This document shows, piece by piece, positions 1 to 11,890 of a DNA stretch of 64,000 nucleotides. Made by a program: the position numbers and the translations under genes. Location of the stretch: assembly GCA_951406725.2 (NCBI GenBank), contig OX597825.1, positions 16,616,001 through 16,680,000 on the forward strand, written 5' to 3'. The stretch is from Octopus vulgaris. Lineage: Eukaryota. How positions within the stretch are numbered: the first letter of the stretch is position 1; the number at the start of each line of letters is the position of its first letter. Under the pieces are notes generated by a model, which worked only from the letters and a program-made list of their open reading frames with translations, was not told where the DNA came from and ran no database searches.

Positions 1-72
1 ACCACCTTGTAAGAATTTTTTTTCATTGAAATTCTTTATTCTGTATTTCTACTCTACGATCTAAACTAAAGT

Positions 73-613
<541 letters not shown>

Positions 614-900
614 AAAGTTTGATTTTTTTTTGCAATATAATTTTTTCTTTACTCGTGTTTATCCATTTGTTTATTCTCACCTATATGCACTCGTTGTTGT
701 TGTTTTTTTTACATTTTCGTTGAATATAGAGCAAACAATATTTACCAAAGGATTTGCTGAGGTTAAAAACTACATTTTAAATACTGAATAGAAAGACTAT
801 TTCTTTTTTCGTATTGTCTTTCAAACACTTTCTTAAAATATAATTTTTTTCTCACCATTAGCTCCTTATCAAATAACGTTTTCTTATATTTCTGTTCTCT

Positions 901-1162
<262 letters not shown>

Positions 1163-1307
1163 TTTAACTTTATATACGTGCGTGCACACGTATACTTGCA
1201 GGTAGATACACGTTAATGATGTTTTAGATTTGACCTTAGTTTCGTATTCACCCGACCTGCCTGCTTCTGTTTATATGGCAGCACACACACACACACGCTT
1301 ATATGTG

Positions 1308-1341
<34 letters not shown>

Positions 1342-1462
1342 AATATAAATATATATATTTATATACACGTGCGTGAGTCATCTAAGAGACTCCATTTCAT
1401 TGCCTGCGCGAAACCGATTGGTAATATCAGTCGTGACGGATATATAATACTATATACAACGG

Positions 1463-1515
<53 letters not shown>

Positions 1516-1590
1516 AAACACATATTGATATCCATATCTATATAATGACATATATGTATTCATACACCGGCACATATGTATTAACGAAAG

Positions 1591-1591
<1 letters not shown>

Positions 1592-1650
<59 letters not shown>

Positions 1651-1651
1651 G

Positions 1652-1683
<32 letters not shown>

Positions 1684-1704
1684 CATCATCATCATCATCA
1701 TCAT
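1592..1704. repeat. (ATT)n/(ATC)n microsatellite abutting the 3' end of an R4/Dong-like element
   Basis: Directly visible; reads (TAA)n on the element (minus) strand. Confidence 0.95.
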
Positions 1705-2690
1705 TTAGTAGTCTTGTTTTTATCACGTGCTTTTACTGAACTACCGACCGCAGCTCTGTGTCCCTTGGGTATGTGCAGTTGTTTCTTTACGTAGGATGTG
1801 TGCTGTGCCTAGTAGAGCTATTTTTTGTATGTTATATATATTTGGTAGACCTAATGTTTTTGTTATGTATTTGTCTGAATATTTTTTGTTATTATAATTA
1901 ATGCTCCCACGCTGATTGGAATTGTTTCTGTTTTTAGACTCCCCATTTGTGTTAGCTCTATTACTAAGTCTTTAGATTTTGGAAGTTTCTCCATTTCGTT
2001 TAGAGAAATGTTGTCATCTGTTGGTATTGATTCATCGATTAGAAAGAATTTCTTTTCCTGATGATCCTTGGCAACTATAGCCGGTCTATTGGCCTTAAAT
2101 TCTCTATCTGTGTGATATCCCATAGTATGGTAGATTTCTCATTTTCTGTGATCTTTTCTGGTGTGTGCCTATACCATCTCTTTTCTGTTTGTTATTCCAT
2201 AGTGTTGGCATAGCTTCCAAGGGTTGTATATCCCAACTCTGTCGTGTCTGTGAATATATTCATTCTAAGGCAGGAGTGGGCAACCAGAGACAATATAGTT
2301 TATTAATTCTTGTCCATATTCTGCAGTTAGTTGTTACGTTTCTTTTCATTATATGCTTTTGGTAATTTCTGATGGGGAGGCTTTGATCTTGTACTGCAAT
2401 TAAAATTCCTTCATTCTCTGCTTTGAGTCCTGAGCTTCTCAGCCATTGTTGGGATTTTGCTTTGTCTACTTCTTTTGCGTTTAGTTTAGTCCAGTATTTG
2501 TCATGAAGGGGCTTTTCTTGCCATCGTTTTATCATGATCCGTTGCTGTTCCAGTTTTATTTTGGATTTCAGTTATTTTACAGCTTTTGTTGTTTCTTCTA
2601 TTTCTTTATAGTTGTTAAGGTATTATGACATCTTTTTTGTATTTGTGACCTTCCTTAAAGACTAAAAACAGTTATTTTTTGTTTTGTTCC
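1705..2690 (-). mobile_element. Decayed 3' part of an R4/Dong-like non-LTR retrotransposon (RT C-terminal region plus restriction-like endonuclease)
   Basis: ORF 2260-2535 gives W..KPLH.KY...SQQWL....LKAENEG.LIA.QDQSL.IRNY..HI...NCRI. ORF 1863-2123 gives NRPAIV (NRPDIV-like), IDESIPTDDNI, EMEKLPKSKDL and IPISVGAL. Continuation near 1790-1850 reads NIQKIALLGTAHILRK. These match RLE-type R4-clade C-termini. Frameshifts and stops present. Confidence 0.8.
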
Positions 2691-2737
2691 TGTTTTGTGG
2701 TTATTTTGTGACTTACCTTATTTTAATATACACACAC

Positions 2738-2792
<55 letters not shown>

Positions 2793-2823
<31 letters not shown>

Positions 2824-3029
2824 ATATACATGTATATGTGTGTCTGTGTTCTCCCCTCCCCATCGCTTGACAACCGATGTATTTACGCCCCTGTAACTTA
2901 GTGGTTTGGAAAAAGGATCCGATAGAAGTACAAGGTTTACAATGAATATTTCATGGGGGAGATTTTTGTTTGACTAAATGCTGTGCTCCAGCACGGCTGC
3001 AGTCAAATGACTGAAACAAATACAAGAAT
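2793..3029 (+). mobile_element. SINE family A, 3' half only (begins at its internal microsatellite)
   Basis: catcgcttgacaaccgatg...gtaacttagtggtttgg...gctccagcacggctgcagtcaaatgactgaaacaaatacaaga matches the 3' half of the 9544-9980 copy. Confidence 0.85.
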
Positions 3030-3509
3030 ATATATATATATGTGTGTGTGTGCGTGTGCATTTCTTTATATATGACACATCATGTATTGTCCATAAGGCT
3101 AAAAAAGCGAAAGGATCATCATCGTCATCGCGACGATCAATAGTACTATTATTGTCAATGTTTCGACAGGGACAAGAGCATGTTCGTTATAGAAAAAGGG
3201 ATGCATTCAAATAAGATATATATACTGAGAGAAGACGGTGACCATCATCTCATAGATTTAAGTTTAAAATCATGAATTTCTATACGCTCACAACATAAAA
3301 TCAAACATAGAGAAACATATAGACACATGAAGACCCCACCCTGCATATACGTACACAGTCACATACAAGCAGAAACACACATATACGTACGTATAGGCCT
3401 GTGTTGTATCAGACAGTTTTGTATATGTGTGTATATGCGTTTGTGAGTGCATCTATATAAACGCGTTATAAGATGTCTTATTCGCAATTCTCTTCTAACT
3501 ACTTGATTT

Positions 3510-3543
<34 letters not shown>

Positions 3544-3694
3544 AAATAATTTTACTCCATTACCTTGCATCGAAAAAAGAAGATTTTGAGTTGTTTCCAT
3601 ATCCAGAGGAAGGATGTGATATTTCTCTGAATTCTCAAGAATTGTTTCCTTACTTGGTATCTAGCGAAAAGCACTTAATCGTAAGTCTGTCTGC

Positions 3695-4047
<353 letters not shown>

Positions 4048-4337
4048 ATCTGTTTGATATTGATTTTCTCATCATAACATCTTTAAGAAATGATGGTAAA
4101 ATATAGGAATATTTATCTCATTGCTTTTCTTTCCTTTTTTGCTAATGTATGGGAGCATGGGGTCAGAAAAAATCACTTTATCAGGGTCAGAGTTTGAAGC
4201 AGTTTACTTGGGTCATATATAAAACTGTACTTAGTACAAAGGTAGTTAACTCGTCTGTTATTCGAGTTTCAGCTAAGCGAGTGTTTAATGCATTTAGTGT
4301 ATAATGCAAAATGCATTAGCAACTTATATTGCCAAAT

Positions 4338-4535
4338 ATGTGGTAAGAAGTTCGATTCTCAGGCACGTGGTTCAGAGATGAATCCCATCATGTGGACCCT
4401 TGGTCACGTTGGTCATGTGAACCCTTGGTCACGTGGACCCTTGGTCATGTGTTCCCTACAATAGCCTCAGGGTGACCAAAGCCCTATGAGTAGATCTAGT
4501 AGACGGAATCTGAAACACACCTTTCGAATGTGTGT
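4338..4535 (+). mobile_element. SINE family A, degenerate 5' half with an internal ~16-bp tandem triplication
   Basis: tgtggtaagaagttcg...atagcctcagggtgaccaaagccctatgagtagatctagtagacggaatctgaaa aligns to the family A head; gtg(g/a)acccttggtca repeated three times at 4392-4448. Confidence 0.7.
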
Positions 4536-4536
4536 G

Positions 4537-4580
<44 letters not shown>

Positions 4581-4656
4581 TATGCACATACACACACACA
4601 CACAGACATATATGTCATATACATATATGCATTATATATATGCACACACATATATA

Positions 4657-5112
4657 CAGGGTGCGTAAGTTATTTGAGGCCATACCATTTTGGGGTCATT
4701 GCAGCAATTTTTGCTAAATCTGTATAATCTTTGTTTCAAAAAATGATAATGGCAAACTCTCAGCTTACTTAAGAAATGAAGAGGCATGATGTTACTCTTA
4801 TTATATAGGCCAAGCATAGCGATTTTGAAATATCTCGATCTTTTAAAGTTGCCAGATCTTTCGTCTACACATTTTTTAAAGAGCTAGGAAGTTGGAAATG
4901 TATCACCACTGCCAAAACATACAAAACATTCTAAACGCTCTAAAATTATCAGAGCACTTGAATTTATCAAACAAATTCAACAGAGCATTGATTACAGTCC
5001 CAGAAAGTCAATGGGGTCAATTGCAAACGATCTCCATATGTCAGAAGGAACAGTTAGAAATGTTGTTCAGGAAGACATCAAATATGTCTTATATGATGAA
5101 GAAAGTTCAAAT
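4657..5112 (+). mobile_element. 5' fragment of a Tc1/mariner-superfamily transposon, maT (DD37D)-like N-terminus
   Basis: TA|CAGGGTGCG terminus at 4655-4665. From ATG 4749 a broken frame reads MANSQLT*EMKRHDV...KHSDFEISRSFKVARSFVY...GNVSPLPK..KHSKRSKIIR..EFIKQIQQSID.SPRKSMGSIANDLHMSEGTVRNVVQEDIKY (two HTH motifs). No catalytic domain or right TIR. Confidence 0.7.
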
Positions 5113-5119
5113 TGTCAGA

Positions 5120-5250
5120 AAAAGCAACTACCGAACACATTTTTTAAAGGCTTTTAGAGAAAATTTCCCAAGGCCTCACAGGTACTTCATCATCAACAAA
5201 TCATCTGTGAAGCCTTCCCCAATTTAAGATGAATCATAGGCTCTGTAATT
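5120..5250 (+). mobile_element. Possible Penelope-like element fragment (RT C-terminal/linker)
   Basis: FLKAFRENFPRPHRYF.IINKSSVK...PNLR*IIG resembles the PLE motif FL.L....FP..H....IFN...VK.SYS..PN...II. Confidence 0.5.
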
Positions 5251-5388
5251 TTGAAATTCTTAGTATTGCTTCGATGTTGAATTTTTTGATGAGAAATGCA
5301 TTAAATATATTATAATACTCCTTTCGGAGTGGTTTATATTGCAATGCTTTTGAATTGTCGAAACTATCCGATTTCACATCTTTAATCG

Positions 5389-5448
<60 letters not shown>

Positions 5449-5514
5449 GTATATATATATTCATACATATATATATGCATGTATATATGCATATATATGT
5501 ATAAACACACACAC

Positions 5515-5560
<46 letters not shown>

Positions 5561-5931
5561 ACGTCACATGGACGTCACACGCACACATACACACCCACCC
5601 ACGTGCACACGCACGCATATCATTAGAAATTTTAAAATTCACGTTGGAATGCTGGTTGTTACTCGAAGCAGCGACAGATTTACAGCTACTAAGGAAAATA
5701 GCAATAATAATAATAAATTTTCGACAGACCAAAATCGAACATGACCGTGTGTGTCTCTACGTCCTTGTAGTCAGACGAAGGATCGTGATTCGAAACCGCT
5801 CACTGAACAAAAGAGGTCACAACTAACCAGAACCACATCCCAGTTCGTAGGGTATATGAAGGCCAACCAATTCTGTACGTTGCTAAATGTCCAAATGCTG
5901 ATAATTGCTGAAACGTAATCTTAACTGCATT

Positions 5932-6331
5932 ACTCTTTACTCTTTTACTTGTTTCAGTCATTTGACTGAGGCCATGCTGGAGCACCGCCTTTTAGTCGAG
6001 CAAATCGACCCCAGGACTTATTCTTTGTAAGCCTAGTACTTATTCTGTCGGTCTCTTTTGCCGAACCGCTAAGTTACGGCGATGTAAACACACCAGCATC
6101 GGTTGTTAAGCGATGTTGGATGGACAAACACAGACACACAAACACACACATATATATATATACATATATACGACGGACTTCTTTCAGTTTCCGTCTACCA
6201 AATTCACTCACAAGGCTTTGGCCGGCCCGAGGCTATAGTAGAAGACACTTTGCCCAAGGTGCCACACAGTGGGACTGAACCTGGAACCATGTGGTTGGTA
6301 AGCAAGCTACTTACCACACAGCCACTCCTGC
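5932..6331 (-). mobile_element. SINE family A, near full length (tRNA-like head, internal microsatellite, GTAAAAGA tail)
   Basis: Reverse complement of the 9544-9980 copy; CTGCATT at 5925-5931 and 6328-6334 is a probable TSD overlapping the 5' end. Confidence 0.93.
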
Positions 6332-6534
6332 ATTCAATATTTTGTGATATCTGTTGAATAACAGGAAACGCATTTCTTTTAGCTACATAATAATTCTGAA
6401 ACACTGATGCTACATCGTTAAATTTTCATAGTTCTTAAATTGAATCTTCTTTTCATGTACTTCCACACAAATTTATAGAAGTTATTGATCGAACTAACAT
6501 CAATTCTAATTTCATTCGTTAAAAAGAGAACGTG

Positions 6535-6670
6535 TAATGTTGATTGTATTAATCTTAGCATAACACTGTACTTCTTAACAACCCGGGATGGATAGGAATC
6601 GAAATCAATGCCAAGAGTAGTTGAACTCTGAAATACGAAGCTCAGAACTAAATATCGTGCGATATTTATT
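6535..6670 (-). mobile_element. Highly degenerate SINE family B fragment
   Basis: Weak alignment to 36571-36781 (gatggat..gaaatcaat..ttgaactctgaa..gaactaaatatcg). Confidence 0.4.
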
Positions 6671-7524
6671 TTGCCAAAATCATGTCTAAATCTGATTGGA
6701 AATTGACGTTTAGTTCAATAGAGTATAGTTTACACATTTGTGATCAAACATACTTCAAACCAGAGAAAACGAATTAACAGAATTAATGCAGATCTCAATT
6801 ATAAATTATGTTCAAAGCCACAATCAAGTGATCGGTGACCTCCCTTATTGCCAAAATTATCAATTCCCCTTCATGGCCATATGTTAATATTCCAAAGAGC
6901 AATCCCCGAAGAATTGTTGCGACGACACCGATAAAATGGCTGCCTGTTATGTTTGACTGAACATTTACTCATAAATTATCCTATAGCAATATCTCAAAGA
7001 AATATCTAACTACAATTTGCATGTGCCACGACAGAAATACAGACTACATGTAGTCACTGTAATAGAAAACTACAGTCCCCTGTTTCAGCAAATTAACATT
7101 AAAAGCAACTCAGTGATAAGAACTAATTTTTCAATAATTCTCTTGAAGCTTATCTAAACTATTCTATCAGTTTAAAACAGCCTTCAAAAGCTCCTAATGT
7201 AATGCTAAGGCTATTAACATCTTTACATAGTCATGCTCGAATCGAACGGAACATGTCACAAAGAAAATAATTTAGTGAAGCTACAACTAATTCAATGAAG
7301 CAGTATGTTAATATTTCCAAATCTCTTAATCGGGTTGCATTGTTTAAATGTATTTTTACTCCCCCTCCTAAGCGGTATTAGTGTTACAGAGTCAAACTTT
7401 ATCGAGGTGACTCATTTCACCCTTGTATATTACTGCTTCTCATTTTGTCAAAACTAAAGATAAAAGGCAACATTGAAGCTAGCACTATTTGACTAATTCA
7501 GAACAGAGGGAGAGAGAGATGGGT

Positions 7525-7735
7525 GAACCTCTACTGAGTCGTTCGAAGTGTTCGAAACACCAGTTATATTCCCATCAAATCTATTTGTAACGTCTCAGAA
7601 GATGATAGATTAGTTAAGGTCTTCTGGCGTGCCTAGTCTCTAAAATGGGTGGGGTGATCACCTCAGGAATACCCTTGATCATAGCTCTGCTATGCAGAAA
7701 TTGTATGGACTCTAAAACATCAGTGCATCAACATG
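7525..7735 (+). repeat. Degenerate copy of interspersed repeat family D ((CAA)n-tailed retroposon 3' end)
   Basis: Shares motifs (aaatct..., gggtgatcac..ggaatacccttgatcatagctctgct..ctaaaaca) with 11050-11262 and the reverse complement of 17895-18125. Confidence 0.5.
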
Positions 7736-7859
7736 AACATTAATTCGAAGTCTGTACCATTTTAGCTAGCGAGCTACGTACCTCACGTAATGATGTTGTG
7801 CATATTTGTACAAGGACAAACATTAATAAGACAGGGTAGGGTCGATTGAATCTGTACCT

Positions 7860-7912
7860 TTATTATTATTATTATTATCATTATTATTATCATTATCATT
7901 ATTATTATAATT

Positions 7913-7947
<35 letters not shown>

Positions 7948-8093
7948 CATTATTATTATTATTGAGTGAGAGAGCAGTGCATGTCATCAAAGTGACACTG
8001 GGGTAAAATATACGAAGCCCAGTATACCCATCATGACTACCTGTCTAATAAGGGTACAGTAGGCACATGCATCAGAACCATATGTGTGGGGCA

Positions 8094-8171
<78 letters not shown>

Positions 8172-8186
8172 CATAATTATTATTAT
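7860..8186. repeat. (ATT)n/(ATC)n microsatellite split by a ~130-bp unique insert (7964-8093)
   Basis: TAA-type arrays on both sides of a non-repetitive segment. Confidence 0.92.
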
Positions 8187-9543
8187 CTACATTATTTCAC
8201 CGGTATAAATGAAGCACACGGCCGAAACGAAAACCAGAACGCTAGATATCAAGAGTGAATAAATGCTGTTATTCTACGCTTGAAAACAATATGTGCGAGT
8301 TTACAAAGTACAGTGTGTCTGCTATATTTTGGAAGTTTAGTCTCTTCTCGAACCTGTATAAACTAATTAAATAATCTCGGAACTCGAATCAGAAGACTTC
8401 GTCAACATTTTTATCTGATACACTTAGCTATTTCTCTGAAGGCAGTTATTAAAATTCTAAGGGAAGCTGAATGAAGTATTTTCCTCTTCATTTTTTCTTA
8501 TGCTGTTTAACGCTACATGTACTGTTGATGACTGGATGTTCGTGGTACTGTTTTGCTTATCTCTACAATCCAAAGAACTACACCAGTGAGAATAGATCTG
8601 CCTGGAAAGTCTATCGAAGCCAGATTAGAAGAAATGAGAATTGCTATCTGAAATCCTTGGGAACTGCACGATGGATATATAGTATCGGTGGAGGAATTGA
8701 TTAAGATATGATCAAAAGCAAACCAACTAGATACAGGAAAATGGAATAGCATAGAGTGCATTGACCAGGATTACATATTTCTCATCATAAACATTTCTAG
8801 CTGTTATTTAGCTACAAAAAATTTAGAATCCAAGTAAGCTCGACTAGAATTATGTAAACTAAATTAGTTCACTCAAGAACCGGAACTAAGATACGCTCTA
8901 CAGTGGTTGCGAGATTGCTTTTTGGTTTAGGACATTTGAAAACTATTCAACAAATAATTTCACTTTCGATGTGATCAGAGTTCAAATCCCGTCGTCGAAA
9001 TTAGTGTACACCAATCGGATATTGTGGTGAGTATAGTCAATATTACTTTCCCACAAAATGTTCCCCTTGTGTATATGTCAGCAACCAATATGAATTTCTG
9101 TGCCAAAAAGGGTGTTGTCGTCTTTACATAATAAAAAGCACAGCTGATTCTAAAATCTTTGATATGGTGATGTTAGTTCTGAATGTACAACTTATGTTGT
9201 AAATGATACAGAATTAAACATTTCAACATCTAATGAGTATTCTCTTGTGCACGAGACATCTGCAATTTCAGAATCAACAGATGCAGTGGATGGCCTGGAA
9301 TAGAATACTCCTGTAGTAACAGATGTCTTCATCTCAAAAACTTGCTCTTCCTCCACTGAGCCAACTGAGCCTACTCTGATGCTAAGCTCCTCTGTGACCG
9401 GATCTGAGTCATCCACTGTAAAATGCCCATTTTCTCTACTAATGAGATTGAAAGTTCGACTGTGATTTCTGAATCTCCTGGTCTTGAATCTGAGAGCAAT
9501 GAGATCGTATATGACTGAAGGTACTAAAAATATCAGCTATAAT

Positions 9544-9723
9544 AGGCGCAGGAGTGGCTGTGTGGTAAGTAGCTTGCTAACCAACCACATGGTTCCGGGT
9601 TCAGTCCCACTGCGTGGCACCTTGGGCAAGTGTCTTCTGCTATAGCCCCGGGTCGACCAATGCCTTGTGAGTGGATTTGGTAGACAGAAACTGAAAGAAG
9701 CCTGTCGTATATATGTATATATG

Positions 9724-9762
<39 letters not shown>

Positions 9763-9980
9763 TTGTGTGTCTGTGTTTGTCCCCCTAGCATTGCTTGACA
9801 ACCGATGCTGGTGTGTTTACGTCCCCGTCACTTAGCGGTTCGGCAAAAGAGACCGATAAAATAAGTACTGGACTTACAAAGAATAAGTCCCGGGGTCGAT
9901 TTGCTCGACTAAAGGCGGTGCTCCAGCATGGCCGCAGCCAAATGACTGAAACAAGTAAAAGAGTAAAAGAGTAAAAGAGT
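9544..9980 (+). mobile_element. SINE family A, full length, with TATAAT TSD
   Basis: Pol III A-box-like TGGCTGTGTGG and B-box-like GGTTCAGTCCC; internal (TA)n(TG)n; tail (GTAAAAGA)x3; TATAAT at 9538-9543 and 9980-9985; at least six similar copies in the window. Confidence 0.95.
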
Positions 9981-9997
9981 ATAATCTCCAAATCACA

Positions 9998-10968
9998 CCA
10001 TACCGACTTGCAAAATAGAATGGTACATTGGATGAAATATTCTTAGATATATTTAAAAAGAGAGGATGGTTCCGGATGGAACGCTTTTGATAAGAGGCTT
10101 GATCTCTGAGTAATGATTTACATCTGAACAGCAACAACAGCTGTACGGATAGTTATATTACTCTCTGATACCAATCAAATGACATTGACAAGCCAATGGT
10201 ATAGCCTTTATGTGACTATTCGTTTTGTTAGAAATAGCAACCAAATTTCCCCCAAGTCTCACTATGATGTCTTGAAGAGGAAGGATGCATAGAAAGACAA
10301 GTTCATCTCGGTTGACTGTCCATACCGACTTGCAAAATAGAATGGTACATTGGAAGAAATATTCTTAGATATATTTAAAAAGAGAGAGGATGGTTCCGGT
10401 TGGAACGCTTTTGATAAGAGGCCTGATCTCTGAGTAATGATTTACATCTGAACAGCAACAACAGTTGTACGGATAGTTATATTACTCTCTGATACCAATC
10501 GAATGACATTGACAAGCCAATGGTATAGCCTTTATGTGACTATTCGTTTTGTTAGAAATAGCAACCAAATTTCCCCCAAGTCTCACTATGATGTCTTGAA
10601 GAGGAAGGATGCATAGAAAGACAAGTTCATCTCGGTTGACTGTCCATACCGACTTGCAAAATAGAATGGTACATTGGAAGAAATATTCTTAGATATATTT
10701 AAAAAGAGAGAGGATGGTTCCGGTTGGAACGCTTTTGATAAGAGGCCTGATCTCTGAGTAATGATTTACATCTGAACAGCAACAACAGTTGTACGGATAG
10801 TTATATTACTCTCTGATACCAATCAAATGACATTGACAAGCCAATGGTATAGCCTTTATGTGACTATTCGTTTTGTTAGAAATAGCAACCAAATTTCCCC
10901 CAACTTTCACTATGATGTCTTGAAGAATAAGGATGTATAGAAAAGACAAGTTCATATCGGCTGACTGT
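9998..10968 (+). repeat. Tandem triplication of a 322-324 bp unit built from family D repeat fragments
   Basis: Unit starts CCATACCGACTTGCAAAATAGAATGG at 9998, 10320 and 10644; copies nearly identical. Confidence 0.97.
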
Positions 10969-11049
10969 TTTTTATCATAAGTTTACTCGTTTAGAGCTAA
11001 GCAGGGAGGCGAACAAAACGAACACTATTTTGTGGATGGGCTAAGAAAA

Positions 11050-11262
11050 GAAACCTCTATGCAGTTAGTTAACGTCATCGAAGATTTATCCTCATCGAAT
11101 CGTACCATATGGCAAAAAAGAAACGAAAAAAGAAAATAGTAAACATCGAATATTATAGTTTTAGACACACTATGCCAAAAACATAACAAAAAAAATATGG
11201 GATATTAATGTGCAGAATGCCTTTGATCATGACTATGCTTGTTCAGAAACCACTGTGTCTAA
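11050..11262 (+). repeat. Family D repeat copy whose tail runs into the (CAC/CAA)n array
   Basis: tagacacactatgcc...gggatattaatgtgcagaatgcctttgatcatgactatgcttgttcag...ctaaccacc; same motifs as the other family D copies. Confidence 0.6.
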
Positions 11263-11890
11263 CCACCACCATCACCACCACAACCACCACCACCGCCATC
11301 ACCACCACCACAACCACCAGGACTGTCACCACCGTCACCACCACCACAGCCACCACCACCACCCACCACACCACCAGCGCTACCACCACTACCACCACTA
11401 ACAAGACAACAACAACACCACCAACCAACACCACTAACAACAACAACACCACCACCACCACCCACCCGCCGCCGCCACCACTAACAACAACAACAACAAC
11501 CACCACCAACCACCACCGCCGCCACCACTAACAAGAACAACAACAACCACCACCAACCACCACCAACCACCACTAGCAACAACAACAGCCACCACCAACC
11601 ACCACCACCAACCCCCCGCCACCACCAACCACCACCACCACTACCACCACCAACAACCAACCACCACCACCACCAACAACAACAACCACCACCACCACCA
11701 CCACCACTACCACTACCACCACCACCACCACCACCACCACCACCACCACTAACAACAACAACCACCACCAACCACCACTAACAACAACAACAACCACCAC
11801 CAACCACCCCCGCCGCCACCACCACCACTACCACCACCACCACCACCACCACCACTAACAACAATGACAATAACAACAACAACAACAACA
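11262..11890. repeat. ~630-bp compound (CAC)n/(CAA)n/(CCG)n microsatellite
   Basis: Directly visible. Confidence 0.96.

Noticed and set aside
8471-8761. ORF pair suggesting a small gene
   Set aside because: No recognisable domain; at most a very decayed LINE C-terminal remnant.
9998-10968. Possible CRISPR-like or satellite array
   Set aside because: Three long near-identical units with no repeat-spacer structure in a eukaryotic context; a simple tandem triplication.
11208-11803. Poly-Thr/His/Gly/Val ORFs resembling mucin or His-rich proteins
   Set aside because: All frames are open because of the CAC/CAA microsatellite, which follows a retroposon tail; no splice or coding context.
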